A stretch of 34,084 bases of DNA from an uncultured Anaerolineaceae bacterium. GTDB lineage: Bacteria; Chloroflexota; Anaerolineae; Anaerolineales; UBA11579. The position numbers and the translations under genes were made by a program. Under the pieces are notes generated by a model. The model did not search any database. It saw nothing but the letters and a program-made list of their open reading frames with translations, and was not told the origin of the DNA. Where the stretch lies: the NCBI GenBank assembly GCA_964514335.1, contig CAZEQN010000001.1, forward strand, positions 1-34,084, read 5' to 3'. Each line of letters starts with the position of its first letter. The stretch's first letter is position 1. Below are positions 10,134 to 18,205 of the stretch, in pieces.

Positions 10134-12146
10134 ATGCAACCCTTTCGCCCTCTTGCTACGTCCTCCCTGTTCAAGGCCGGGTTGGCGCTTACCCTCGGGC
10201 TGGGCTGGCTGGCGTTTAACGGCTTTGAAGCCCAGATGCTGGCGCTGGATTATTTCAGCGTATCGGCCAAACTGCGCGCCCTGCGATTGGCGCTGCTGGG
10301 CGGGCTGGCGGCCAATGCCCTGCTGCTGGGGCTGGCGTTTACGCCCGCCGGAGCATGGGTACTGGCCGTGGCACGGCGGCTGGCAGGCGCGCTACGCCGA
10401 CTGAAAGCCGCCAACCTGGCGCTGTTCGCCATGCTGGTAGTGGCCTTTCCGCTGTTTGTGTTTGGCGAGTATGGCCTGTACATCAGCCTGCCGATGCCGC
10501 GTTTATGGATGTTCTGGCTCTTTGCCCTGGCCGGGGCGGCCCTGCTGTGGGCTGGCCGGCCGGGTTTGCCAGCCTTTTCAGCTTTACTGGCTTCCGCCCT
10601 GCTGCTGGGGCTGGTGTACCGGGCGGCGGTCTTCCTGCCGGAAATCACGACCTACCCGCTTTCGTTGAGCTGGTCAGAGGTCAGTCGCTATTACCAGGCT
10701 TCTCTGTACGCCAGCGAACGCCTGTACGGGCTGGAGCTGCCCCTTTCGATTACCCACCCCAGCCGCTACATGTTGCAGGCGATTCCCTTTGCCATTCCGG
10801 GTTTGCCCCTCTGGGCGCACCGCGCCTGGCAGGTCCTGCTGTGGTGGGGGCTGACTGGCCTGACAGCCGGGTTGCTGGTGCGCCGCCTCAAACTGGCCGA
10901 CCGCGGCCTGAAACTCCTGGTATTTGCATGGGCATTTTTGTTCCTCATGCAGGGGGCCGTGTTTTACAACCTGCTGGTGAGCGTGGCAATTATTTTGTGG
11001 GGCGTACAGACGCAAAACCTGCGCCGCACGCTGGCGGTCGTACTGCTCGCTTCGGTCTGGGCCGGCTTCAGCCGAATTAACTGGACGCCGGTGCCCGGCC
11101 TGCTGGCAGCCGGCCTGCTGTATCTGGAGCAGCCGGTGGGGGCGCAGGCCGGTATCCCGTGGCGTTATTTCTGGCGCAGCGTGGGCCTGTTTGTAGCCGG
11201 CATGCTGACCGGGCTGGCGGCCTATGCGGGTTACATCGCCCTTTCCGGTAATGAAAATGTGGAGCAATTTGGCTCGGCCTTTACTTCGGATTTGTTATTT
11301 AACCGTCTGCTGCCCAGCCCTTCCTACCCGCTGGGCATTCTGACCGGAATCCTGCTGGTTTCGCTGCCGCTGCTGGCGGCCAGCGGTAGCGTCATCCGGC
11401 AGCAGCGCGGGGCGTGGCACTGGCTGCGCCTGCTGGGGCTGGGGGCGGTTTTGGGGGTCTTGTTCATCGCCGGGCTGGTGGTCAGCACCAAGATTGGCGG
11501 CGGCACCAACCTGCACAACATGGATGCCTTCATGGCGCTGTTGATGCTGGCCGGTACGGCCGTTTTGTTTGGGCGCACAACCCCGGAAGCGGACGCGACC
11601 GCGCAACCCGCCCGCCTGCCAGCCGGGCTGCTGGCCCTGATTGTGGCCGTACCGGTCGGGCTGGCAGCCCTGACCGGTGGGCAATGGCCAGAACGTGACC
11701 ACGCCCTCGCCCACCAGACCGTGGCGCAGATCGATGAGTTTGCCGAAGAAGCCGTATCTGCCGAAGGCGAGGTACTCTTCATCTCGCAGCGCCAGTTACT
11801 GACCTTCGACATGCTCGAAACCGAAGTGCAACTGATACCCGAGTACGAGCAGATTTTCCTGATGGAGATGGCGATTTCGCGTAACGAAGCCTACCTGCAC
11901 CAGTTCTACACCGACCTGGCCGACCACCGCTTTGCGGTGATTTTCTCTGACCCGCTTTTCCGCCGCATCAAGAGCGTGGAGGTGGATGCTCTGGCCGAAG
12001 AAAACAACGCCTGGGTGCAGTACATCATTGAGCCGATTCTGTGCGAATACTTTATTGAAAGCACCTTCTCGGATGCCGGTGTGCAGGTGCTCAAACCCCG
12101 CAGCCAGCCGCGCTGTGATGTCTTCGATGCAAGTCCTGATCATTAA
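10134..12146 (+). CDS. Second large polytopic membrane protein with a C-terminal soluble domain (GT-C-like architecture; function unproven)
   Basis: It is 670 aa. About 500 aa are hydrophobic, followed by a ~160-aa hydrophilic C-terminus. The ATG directly follows the upstream TAG. Confidence 0.45.
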   Translation: MQPFRPLATSSLFKAGLALTLGLGWLAFNGFEAQMLALDYFSVSAKLRALRLALLGGLAANALLLGLAFTPAGAWVLAVARRLAGALRRLKAANLALFAMLVVAFPLFVFGEYGLYISLPMPRLWMFWLFALAGAALLWAGRPGLPAFSALLASALLLGLVYRAAVFLPEITTYPLSLSWSEVSRYYQASLYASERLYGLELPLSITHPSRYMLQAIPFAIPGLPLWAHRAWQVLLWWGLTGLTAGLLVRRLKLADRGLKLLVFAWAFLFLMQGAVFYNLLVSVAIILWGVQTQNLRRTLAVVLLASVWAGFSRINWTPVPGLLAAGLLYLEQPVGAQAGIPWRYFWRSVGLFVAGMLTGLAAYAGYIALSGNENVEQFGSAFTSDLLFNRLLPSPSYPLGILTGILLVSLPLLAASGSVIRQQRGAWHWLRLLGLGAVLGVLFIAGLVVSTKIGGGTNLHNMDAFMALLMLAGTAVLFGRTTPEADATAQPARLPAGLLALIVAVPVGLAALTGGQWPERDHALAHQTVAQIDEFAEEAVSAEGEVLFISQRQLLTFDMLETEVQLIPEYEQIFLMEMAISRNEAYLHQFYTDLADHRFAVIFSDPLFRRIKSVEVDALAEENNAWVQYIIEPILCEYFIESTFSDAGVQVLKPRSQPRCDVFDASPDH

Positions 12147-13257
12147 TAGTGAGTACCCGCCGGTGGGCGGGGGCGCCGGGACGGCCAGCGCCCTGCTGGC
12201 GCGGACACTCGCCGGGCAGGGCCACGCCGTTACCGTGCTGACGGCGCACTTCAAGGGCCAGCCGCGCCGGGCAGTGGAGGACGGTGTAACTGTGCTGCGG
12301 CAGGTGCCGCTGCGCCGCCGGAAAGACCGCTCCGGGGCGTTGGAACAGGTCATCTTCATGGGGCTGGCCGGGTTCTATGTGCTGGGGATCGGGCGTCCGG
12401 ATTTCACGATTGCCTATTTTGGCATCCCCAGCGGCCCGGCGGCCTGGCTGTTGCAGGCCGTGCGGGGCGTGCCGTACATTGTTTCGCTGCGGGGTGGAGA
12501 CGTACCCGGCTTCCGCCCGTATGACTTCAAAACTTTTCACCGGTTGGGGGCGCCGGTCATCCGCTTTGTGTGGCGGCGGGCGGCGGCGGTAGCCGCTAAC
12601 AGCCGCGGCCTGCGGGCGCTGGCCCTGCGTTTCGAACCCAGCCAGCCAATTGAGATTATCCCCAATGGGGTCAATGCCAGTGAGTTTCCGGCGGTGGCGC
12701 GCGACTGGGCTCCCACCGAGCTGGTGTTCAGCGGGCGGGTGGTGTACCAGAAAGGCCTCGACCTGCTACTGACCGCGCTGGGAAATTTGCAGCATCTGGA
12801 TTGGCGGCTGACGATTGTGGGAGATGGCCCCAGCCAACCCGCCTTGCAACAGCAGGCTGAAAGTCTGCGGATTGCCGACCGGCTGACTTTTACCGGCTGG
12901 CAATCGCGGCCGCAATTAATGGAGCATTTGAACCGCGCCAACCTGTACGTCTACCCCTCGCGCGATGAAGGCATGCCCAATGCTATGCTGGAAGCGATGG
13001 CCGCCGGCCTGCCGGTGATTGCCACCCGAATTGCCGGTAACGAAGAGTTGGTGCTGGAAGGCGAAACCGGCCGCCTGGTGCCGCCGGAAGATGTGGGTGC
13101 GTTGCAGGCCGCCCTGGCGGAGTTGATACCGGATGCGGCCCTGCGCCAGCGCATGGGCGCGGCAGCGCGGGCGCGGGTAAAGGCCGAGTACACCCTGGAA
13201 CGCGTGGCGGCAGATTATCTGGCTTTGGGGCGCGCCGCGCAGAAAGGCGGGCGTTGA
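12127..13257 (+). CDS. Glycosyltransferase family 4
   Basis: The N-terminus is MQVLIINSEYPPVGGGAGTA. The C-terminal region reads YPSRDEGMPNAMLEAMAAGLPVIATRIAGNEELV (E-x7-E). I chose the start at 12127 over the 11986 extension. Confidence 0.85.
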   Translation: MQVLIINSEYPPVGGGAGTASALLARTLAGQGHAVTVLTAHFKGQPRRAVEDGVTVLRQVPLRRRKDRSGALEQVIFMGLAGFYVLGIGRPDFTIAYFGIPSGPAAWLLQAVRGVPYIVSLRGGDVPGFRPYDFKTFHRLGAPVIRFVWRRAAAVAANSRGLRALALRFEPSQPIEIIPNGVNASEFPAVARDWAPTELVFSGRVVYQKGLDLLLTALGNLQHLDWRLTIVGDGPSQPALQQQAESLRIADRLTFTGWQSRPQLMEHLNRANLYVYPSRDEGMPNAMLEAMAAGLPVIATRIAGNEELVLEGETGRLVPPEDVGALQAALAELIPDAALRQRMGAAARARVKAEYTLERVAADYLALGRAAQKGGR

Positions 13258-15149
13258 TGTGCGGCATCTGTGGCATGGCCGGGCGCGACCGGGCGGCGGT
13301 GGATGAGGCCGCCCTGCGGCGGATGAACGCCGCCATCGCCCACCGCGGGCCGGACGGCGATGGCTTCCTGCTGCGGCCGGGGGTCGGGCTGGCGATGCGC
13401 CGCCTGGCGATTATTGACGTGGCCGGCGGCGACCAGCCCATTGCCAATGAAGATGAAAGCCTGTGGATTGTGTTCAACGGCGAATGCTACAACTTCCCCG
13501 AAATGCACCGCACATTGCAGGGCCGCGGCCACACCTTCCGCACCCGCACCGATACCGAGTGCATCCTGCACCTGTACGAAGACCACGGCGATGACTGCAT
13601 CACCCACCTGCGCGGCATGTTCGCTTTCGCCCTGTGGGATACCAAACGCAACCGCCTGCTGGCGGCCCGCGACCGGCTGGGCAAGAAGCCCTTTTACTAC
13701 ACCGTGCAGGCTGGCACGCTCTACTTCGCCTCCGAGTTGCCCGCCCTGCTGGCCGCCCTGCCATACCGGCCGGAACTGGATTTGCAGGCCCTGGATGATT
13801 ATTTAAGCCTGCAATACATCCCCGAGCCGCGCACGCCCTTTATGGGGATTCACAAACTGCCCGCCGGGCATCGGTTAACCTGGGAAAACGGCGAACTGAC
13901 GCTGGAACGCTATTGGGACCTGGACTACGAACCCAAACACACCGCCCCGCTGCCGGAATTGAAGGCCGAACTGCGCCACTTACTGACCGAAGCGGTGCGC
14001 ATGCGCCTGTTGAGCGAAGTGCCGCTGGGGGCGCACTTATCCGGCGGGATAGACAGCAGCATCCTCGTGGCCTTGATGGCTGAGCTGACGGATGCGCCGG
14101 TCAAGACCTTTTCGGTGGGCTTTGAGGAAACCGCGTTTTCAGAACTGCCGCACGCCCGCCGGGTGGCCGAGCGCTACGCCACCGACCACCACGAATTCAC
14201 CCTGACCTGGGGCGACATCCCGGCCACACTGGCCGACATCACCCGCCACATCGGCGAGCCCTTTGCCGACCCCTCGGCCCTGCCGCTGCTGCACCTGGCA
14301 CGCCTGACGCGCCAGCATGTGACCGTGGCGCTGAATGGGGATGGTGGCGACGAGGCCTTTGGCGGCTACTGGCGTTACTGGCTCGACCCGTGGGCGGATG
14401 CCTACCTGAAGTTACCGCGGGCGCTCACGCACCGCCTGCTACCCGCCGCCCTGCGCCGCCTGCCCGACCGCGGCGATAAACCCGTCGGCGGCAGCCTGGT
14501 GAACGGCCTGAAGCGGCTGGAAACGCTGGCCCGGATTGACCGGCGCGCCAGCCTGCTGCGCTGGGGTTCGTATTTCTCGCCCATGCAGAAAGCCGGGCTG
14601 TGGCGGCCGGAAATTCGGGCCACGCTGGATACCCACCGCGCCGAAAGCCTGCTGGCGGCCGCCTGGCAAAATGCCCCGGCCCGCGGGCGGCTGGACCGCA
14701 CCCTGTACGCCGATAACAGCACCTATCTGCCGGGTGACCTGCTGGTCAAGGCCGACCGCATGACGATGGCCGCCTCGCTGGAGGGGCGCTCGCCGTTTCT
14801 GGACCATGAAGTGGCGGGCTGGGCGGCGCGCCTCCCAGAACGCTATAAGCTCAAGGGGCGCACGGGTAAGTGGATTCTGCGCCAAACCTTCAAAGATTTG
14901 CTGCCGCCTGAAATTCTGGGGCGCGGCAAGCAGGGCTTTGGCATTCCGGTGGGAGCGTGGCTGCGCGGCCCGCTCTATGACTGGAGTCGGGCGCGCCTGC
15001 TCGGTTCGGCCAGCCCACTGGCAGGCTGGTTCGAGACCGCCACGCTGGAAGGCCTGCTGGCCGCGCACCGCGCTGGCCGCGCCGACCACGGCAAACGTTT
15101 ATACGCGCTGGTCATGCTGGCGGAGTGGAAACTACAGTTTTGGGGGTGA
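13257..15149 (+). CDS. asnB: Asparagine synthase (glutamine-hydrolysing) family amidotransferase
   Basis: It begins MCGICG (N-terminal nucleophile Cys2 after Met) and has the PP-loop SGGIDSS. It is 630 aa from the ATG at 13257 (TGATG overlap with the upstream stop). Confidence 0.9.
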   Translation: MCGICGMAGRDRAAVDEAALRRMNAAIAHRGPDGDGFLLRPGVGLAMRRLAIIDVAGGDQPIANEDESLWIVFNGECYNFPEMHRTLQGRGHTFRTRTDTECILHLYEDHGDDCITHLRGMFAFALWDTKRNRLLAARDRLGKKPFYYTVQAGTLYFASELPALLAALPYRPELDLQALDDYLSLQYIPEPRTPFMGIHKLPAGHRLTWENGELTLERYWDLDYEPKHTAPLPELKAELRHLLTEAVRMRLLSEVPLGAHLSGGIDSSILVALMAELTDAPVKTFSVGFEETAFSELPHARRVAERYATDHHEFTLTWGDIPATLADITRHIGEPFADPSALPLLHLARLTRQHVTVALNGDGGDEAFGGYWRYWLDPWADAYLKLPRALTHRLLPAALRRLPDRGDKPVGGSLVNGLKRLETLARIDRRASLLRWGSYFSPMQKAGLWRPEIRATLDTHRAESLLAAAWQNAPARGRLDRTLYADNSTYLPGDLLVKADRMTMAASLEGRSPFLDHEVAGWAARLPERYKLKGRTGKWILRQTFKDLLPPEILGRGKQGFGIPVGAWLRGPLYDWSRARLLGSASPLAGWFETATLEGLLAAHRAGRADHGKRLYALVMLAEWKLQFWG

Positions 15150-15158
15150 GGCGGCAGC

Positions 15159-15524
15159 TTATTTAATCAGGCGGCCCAGCCCGTAGCCCAGCCCCGCGCC
15201 GACCAGCAGCGGAATCGCCCCGAACAGGATCACACCGAGGAAGCCCAGCATGCCGCCGATCGCGCTGCCATACAGGCCGACCGGCAGCGCCAGCAGGTAG
15301 CCGAGCCACACAAAACGCCGCGCTTTCTGGCTGGCGGCCTTGTTCAACAGCCACACCAGCGCCACGCTGCCCAGCGCCACCGGCAGGTAGGTGGTCAGGC
15401 TTTCGGTGATTTGCAGCGTTTCAAGGCGGCCAAAGCGCGCCGCAAAGGTGATGATGTAAAACAGCGGGCCGAGCAGGCCGAGCGTCAGCGCCAGCCAATA
15501 GGGGGTTTTAGCGGGTTGCGGCAT
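15159..15524 (-). CDS. Small hypothetical membrane protein (about 4 TM segments)
   Basis: It is 121 aa, hydrophobic and Gly-rich in its helices. It overlaps the upstream DinB-family gene by 17 nt. Confidence 0.5.
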   Translation of the reverse strand: MPQPAKTPYWLALTLGLLGPLFYIITFAARFGRLETLQITESLTTYLPVALGSVALVWLLNKAASQKARRFVWLGYLLALPVGLYGSAIGGMLGFLGVILFGAIPLLVGAGLGYGLGRLIK

Positions 15525-16002
15525 GCCGTATCTCCTCCAGATGTTCCAGGTAGTGTTCCACGGTTTCGGACAGAATCACTTCGACGACTGGATAGTCGCC
15601 CGGTTCGTCCGGATAGCGGCGTGTTGCGGCCAGCCGGGTTTCGGGGCAGGCTTCGATGGCGGCGAGGGTCTCCTGATGCGAGCGGGCAAAGAGCGCCTGC
15701 ACTTCGGCCAGCGGACGGTCACGCCAGGCGGCCTGAAAGCGGCCATTAATGTCGTCCACGTCAAATTCGGGGATATGGACGCCAGCAATGGTGTAGCCCT
15801 CGTGGCCGCGCTGGCCGGGCAACTGGTAGCGCACCAGCATCTGCTCCCACAGGGCGATGTGGGCCAGCGTGTCCTTGACCGACCAGGCTTGCGGTTCAGG
15901 GCGAGATTCGATTTGGGCGGGGGTCAGGCCCGCCAGAGCGCTTTCCAGTTCAGCACGCGCCGCCCGGATTTGGGTAAGCAGGGAGGATTTGGTGGGGGTC
16001 AT
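15508..16002 (-). CDS. DinB-family four-helix-bundle protein
   Basis: It is 164 aa. The WSVKDTLAHIALWE pattern and the C-terminal H-x-x-x-H-like VEHYLEHLEEI are typical of DinB_2-like proteins. Confidence 0.65.
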   Translation of the reverse strand: MTPTKSSLLTQIRAARAELESALAGLTPAQIESRPEPQAWSVKDTLAHIALWEQMLVRYQLPGQRGHEGYTIAGVHIPEFDVDDINGRFQAAWRDRPLAEVQALFARSHQETLAAIEACPETRLAATRRYPDEPGDYPVVEVILSETVEHYLEHLEEIRHAATR

Positions 16003-16418
16003 GGGGAGGCCTTGTCCTGAATTGGAATTAGTTTTCTCTGAAATTTGGGGCTTCCATTTTTAACTTCGCATTCCCAAATTCTAATAACCTGCCAACCTTT
16101 TTTCTTCAAGGTTTCTTTTACTAGGCGGTCGCGAGCAATGTTGCGATTTCGCTTTGCTTCCCAATATTCTTGATTTTGCTTTGGCCTTGTATTCCTACAA
16201 TCATGTCCATGCCAAAAGCAACCATCTATAAATACTACAGTTCTTCGTTCTCGAAAAACAAAATCGGGTTTTCCAAACAGAGGGTAATTCCTTCTCCACC
16301 CCCTTATTCCTAATTCTCTGAACCAAGAAATCATTTGCAGTTCAGTAGATTGATTCCCTGAAGATTTTACAGCCCTCATAATTTGAGAGCGCTTGTCTTT
16401 CGAGAAGGTATCGGTCAT
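15999..16418 (-). CDS. vsr: Very-short-patch repair endonuclease
   Basis: It has KRSQIMRAVKS, GKPDFVF, VVFIDGCFWHGH and IRIWECE motifs. The ATG at 16418 overlaps the upstream TGA (ATGA). An alternative TTG start is at 16442. Confidence 0.9.
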   Translation of the reverse strand: MTDTFSKDKRSQIMRAVKSSGNQSTELQMISWFRELGIRGWRRNYPLFGKPDFVFRERRTVVFIDGCFWHGHDCRNTRPKQNQEYWEAKRNRNIARDRLVKETLKKKGWQVIRIWECEVKNGSPKFQRKLIPIQDKASP

Positions 16419-17164
16419 ATTCTTTTTATAACTTCTACCCAACTTTCCTCAAACCCTATTGCCGAAAGATATTTGTCTTTGTCCAACTTCTCAGGCAATT
16501 TAATTTTCAGAATCAGTATTTGAGTTGGAACGTTTTCTTTGATAGTGAATTGCGAGCCGTGGGGTTGCCAGGTAAATCGGTGAGTAGCTGTTGCCTTGTC
16601 AAAGCCCTCAAGATTTTCGTGCTTGTTCCATTTCCAAACATACAATTCCGGATCATAGAGGATTGTTTCCATCTCAAAGACTGCGAGTTCGCTTAAGTCA
16701 TTGGACTTCATAAGTACGATAGTTCGCAGAGAAGAATATTTTTGCCGAATACTCGAAACCCTCTCATTCCATATTTGCAAAACTTTTTGACCCAGGGGGT
16801 TTGCATCAATATCTTTAACTCGTGACTCTCCAAATGAAAAGGCAACAGAATTTCGCCCTGATATAAGACGAACGGATTTGGCCTGAGAAGGCTTACTTGC
16901 TTTTACAGTTTTTGCTCCCCATGCAAAACTACCTAAGCGCACATCATCAAGTCCAACATTTGACGGCGTCCATTCCGCCCCAATACTACGAGCAAAAATC
17001 TCTTCCCATTCTTCACCCTGCAAAGAGGGTTGAGATTTTGTGCTTAAGAGATAAATAATTTCCCTTCCGAGCTTAATTCCAAAATTATTTGGAAATTGAT
17101 TTAACGGATAAGGTTCTTCAACCTTATTTACATTTCTAAGACGAGGCCGATTATTGGCGGGCAT
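16415..17164 (-). CDS. Putative Type II restriction endonuclease (called from position only; family unassigned)
   Basis: This 249-aa ORF sits between the C5-methyltransferase and vsr, overlapping them by 14 nt and 4 nt. It shares their AT-rich composition. I recognise no catalytic motif with confidence. Confidence 0.5.
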   Translation of the reverse strand: MPANNRPRLRNVNKVEEPYPLNQFPNNFGIKLGREIIYLLSTKSQPSLQGEEWEEIFARSIGAEWTPSNVGLDDVRLGSFAWGAKTVKASKPSQAKSVRLISGRNSVAFSFGESRVKDIDANPLGQKVLQIWNERVSSIRQKYSSLRTIVLMKSNDLSELAVFEMETILYDPELYVWKWNKHENLEGFDKATATHRFTWQPHGSQFTIKENVPTQILILKIKLPEKLDKDKYLSAIGFEESWVEVIKRI

Positions 17165-18143
17165 AATTCATTTCAACTTCTTGTGAGATTTCGCTTTTTC
17201 TCTTTGATGTGGCCGGATGAGGTTCAAGCAAAGGCAACAGGTTCGTTAGAACTGCATTGACTACGTTTACAGGCACGGCATTTCCCGCCTGCTTACGAAC
17301 CTGCGCATCCGGCACAACAATTTTATAGCTGTCCGGAAAGCCTTGTAGCCTCAACATCTCACGCGGTGTAAGTCTTCGCTCCCCATTAACAAGCAGATAG
17401 TTATAAGAAGCGCCTGCTCGAAGCGCGCATGAGAATGGATGAGAACTCACATTCCCCCCCTTATTTTCATGCCAAATAGAAACGCTATGCTTTGAAGCAT
17501 GTTTTTCTTTTCGCTTTTGGACAATCATTTCAGATGCATAGTGTTTCTTGTCTACAGATTTTTCAAGTATTTCTTCCAGCGGTTTATATGTTTCCAACTT
17601 ATGCGGCCACTTAAATAGAGCCAAAAGACTAGGATCCAGAAAACCGATGATAAATACGCGCTCGCGCTTTTGAGGTAATCCATAATCCAAAGCATTTAAG
17701 ATACGGTAATCGAAGTGATACCCTAAATCCTCTATGGTTTGCAGAATGCGAGTAAAGGTATGGCCCTTTTCATGGCTGACCAGTTGCTTTACGTTTTCAA
17801 GCACAAATGCTTTTGGTTTTTTTGCTTCTAAAATCCGAGCTATTTCAAAGAATAGAGTTCCCCTGGTATCGTCAAAACCCTTACCGCTACCAATAATGCT
17901 AAATGGTTGGCATGGAAAACCAGCAAACAGAACATCATGGTCTGGAATATTTTCAGATGCTATTTGGGTAATGTCGCCTTCAGGATACTCCCCAAAATTC
18001 GCTTCATAGGCTAGCTTTGCATACTCATCTATATCAGAAGATAACAGACAGGAAATATCCAGATTCTTTTTTACGGCTACTTGTTCTGCGGCTACTCTAA
18101 ACCCACCAATTCCGCAAAAGAGATCAATAAATCTAATCGTCAT
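17151..18143 (-). CDS. DNA (cytosine-5)-methyltransferase
   Basis: Motif I is DLFCGIGGF, motif IV is FPCQPFS, motif VI is ENV, motif VIII is QKRERVF, and motif X is GNAVPV. Confidence 0.95.
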   Translation of the reverse strand: MTIRFIDLFCGIGGFRVAAEQVAVKKNLDISCLLSSDIDEYAKLAYEANFGEYPEGDITQIASENIPDHDVLFAGFPCQPFSIIGSGKGFDDTRGTLFFEIARILEAKKPKAFVLENVKQLVSHEKGHTFTRILQTIEDLGYHFDYRILNALDYGLPQKRERVFIIGFLDPSLLALFKWPHKLETYKPLEEILEKSVDKKHYASEMIVQKRKEKHASKHSVSIWHENKGGNVSSHPFSCALRAGASYNYLLVNGERRLTPREMLRLQGFPDSYKIVVPDAQVRKQAGNAVPVNVVNAVLTNLLPLLEPHPATSKRKSEISQEVEMNYARQ

Positions 18144-18176
18144 AGTTACACCTTGTAATATTTCTGAACATTATTG

Positions 18177-18204
18177 ATATTACCATATGCGACTAGTCAT
18201 GCAA
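18177..18204 (-). promoter_or_regulatory. Sigma-70-like promoter of the methyltransferase-led operon
   Basis: On the minus strand there is a TTGCAT -35 box (18204-18199), a 16-nt spacer, and a TAATAT -10 box (18182-18177) preceded by TG. AAGGTG lies 6 nt upstream of the ATG. Confidence 0.55.
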
Positions 18205-18205
18205 A

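Larger units (their letters stand above)
16010..18205 (-). other. AT-rich genomic islet 1 (horizontally acquired R-M/vsr cassette), approximate boundaries
   Basis: Composition breaks abruptly: 22/60 G+C at 16441-16500 versus 38/60 at 19021-19080. The islet lies between the ftsK stop and the start of the DinB-family gene. Confidence 0.8.

Noticed and set aside
15150-15158. Terminator between convergent asnB and the small membrane protein gene
   Set aside because: Only 9 nt separate the two stops, and there is no hairpin.
16011-18166. Possible direct repeats at the islet-1 borders (CCTTGT..CTGAA at 16011-16022 and 18151-18166)
   Set aside because: The match is short and interrupted (6 + 5 nt with different spacing), which is compatible with chance.
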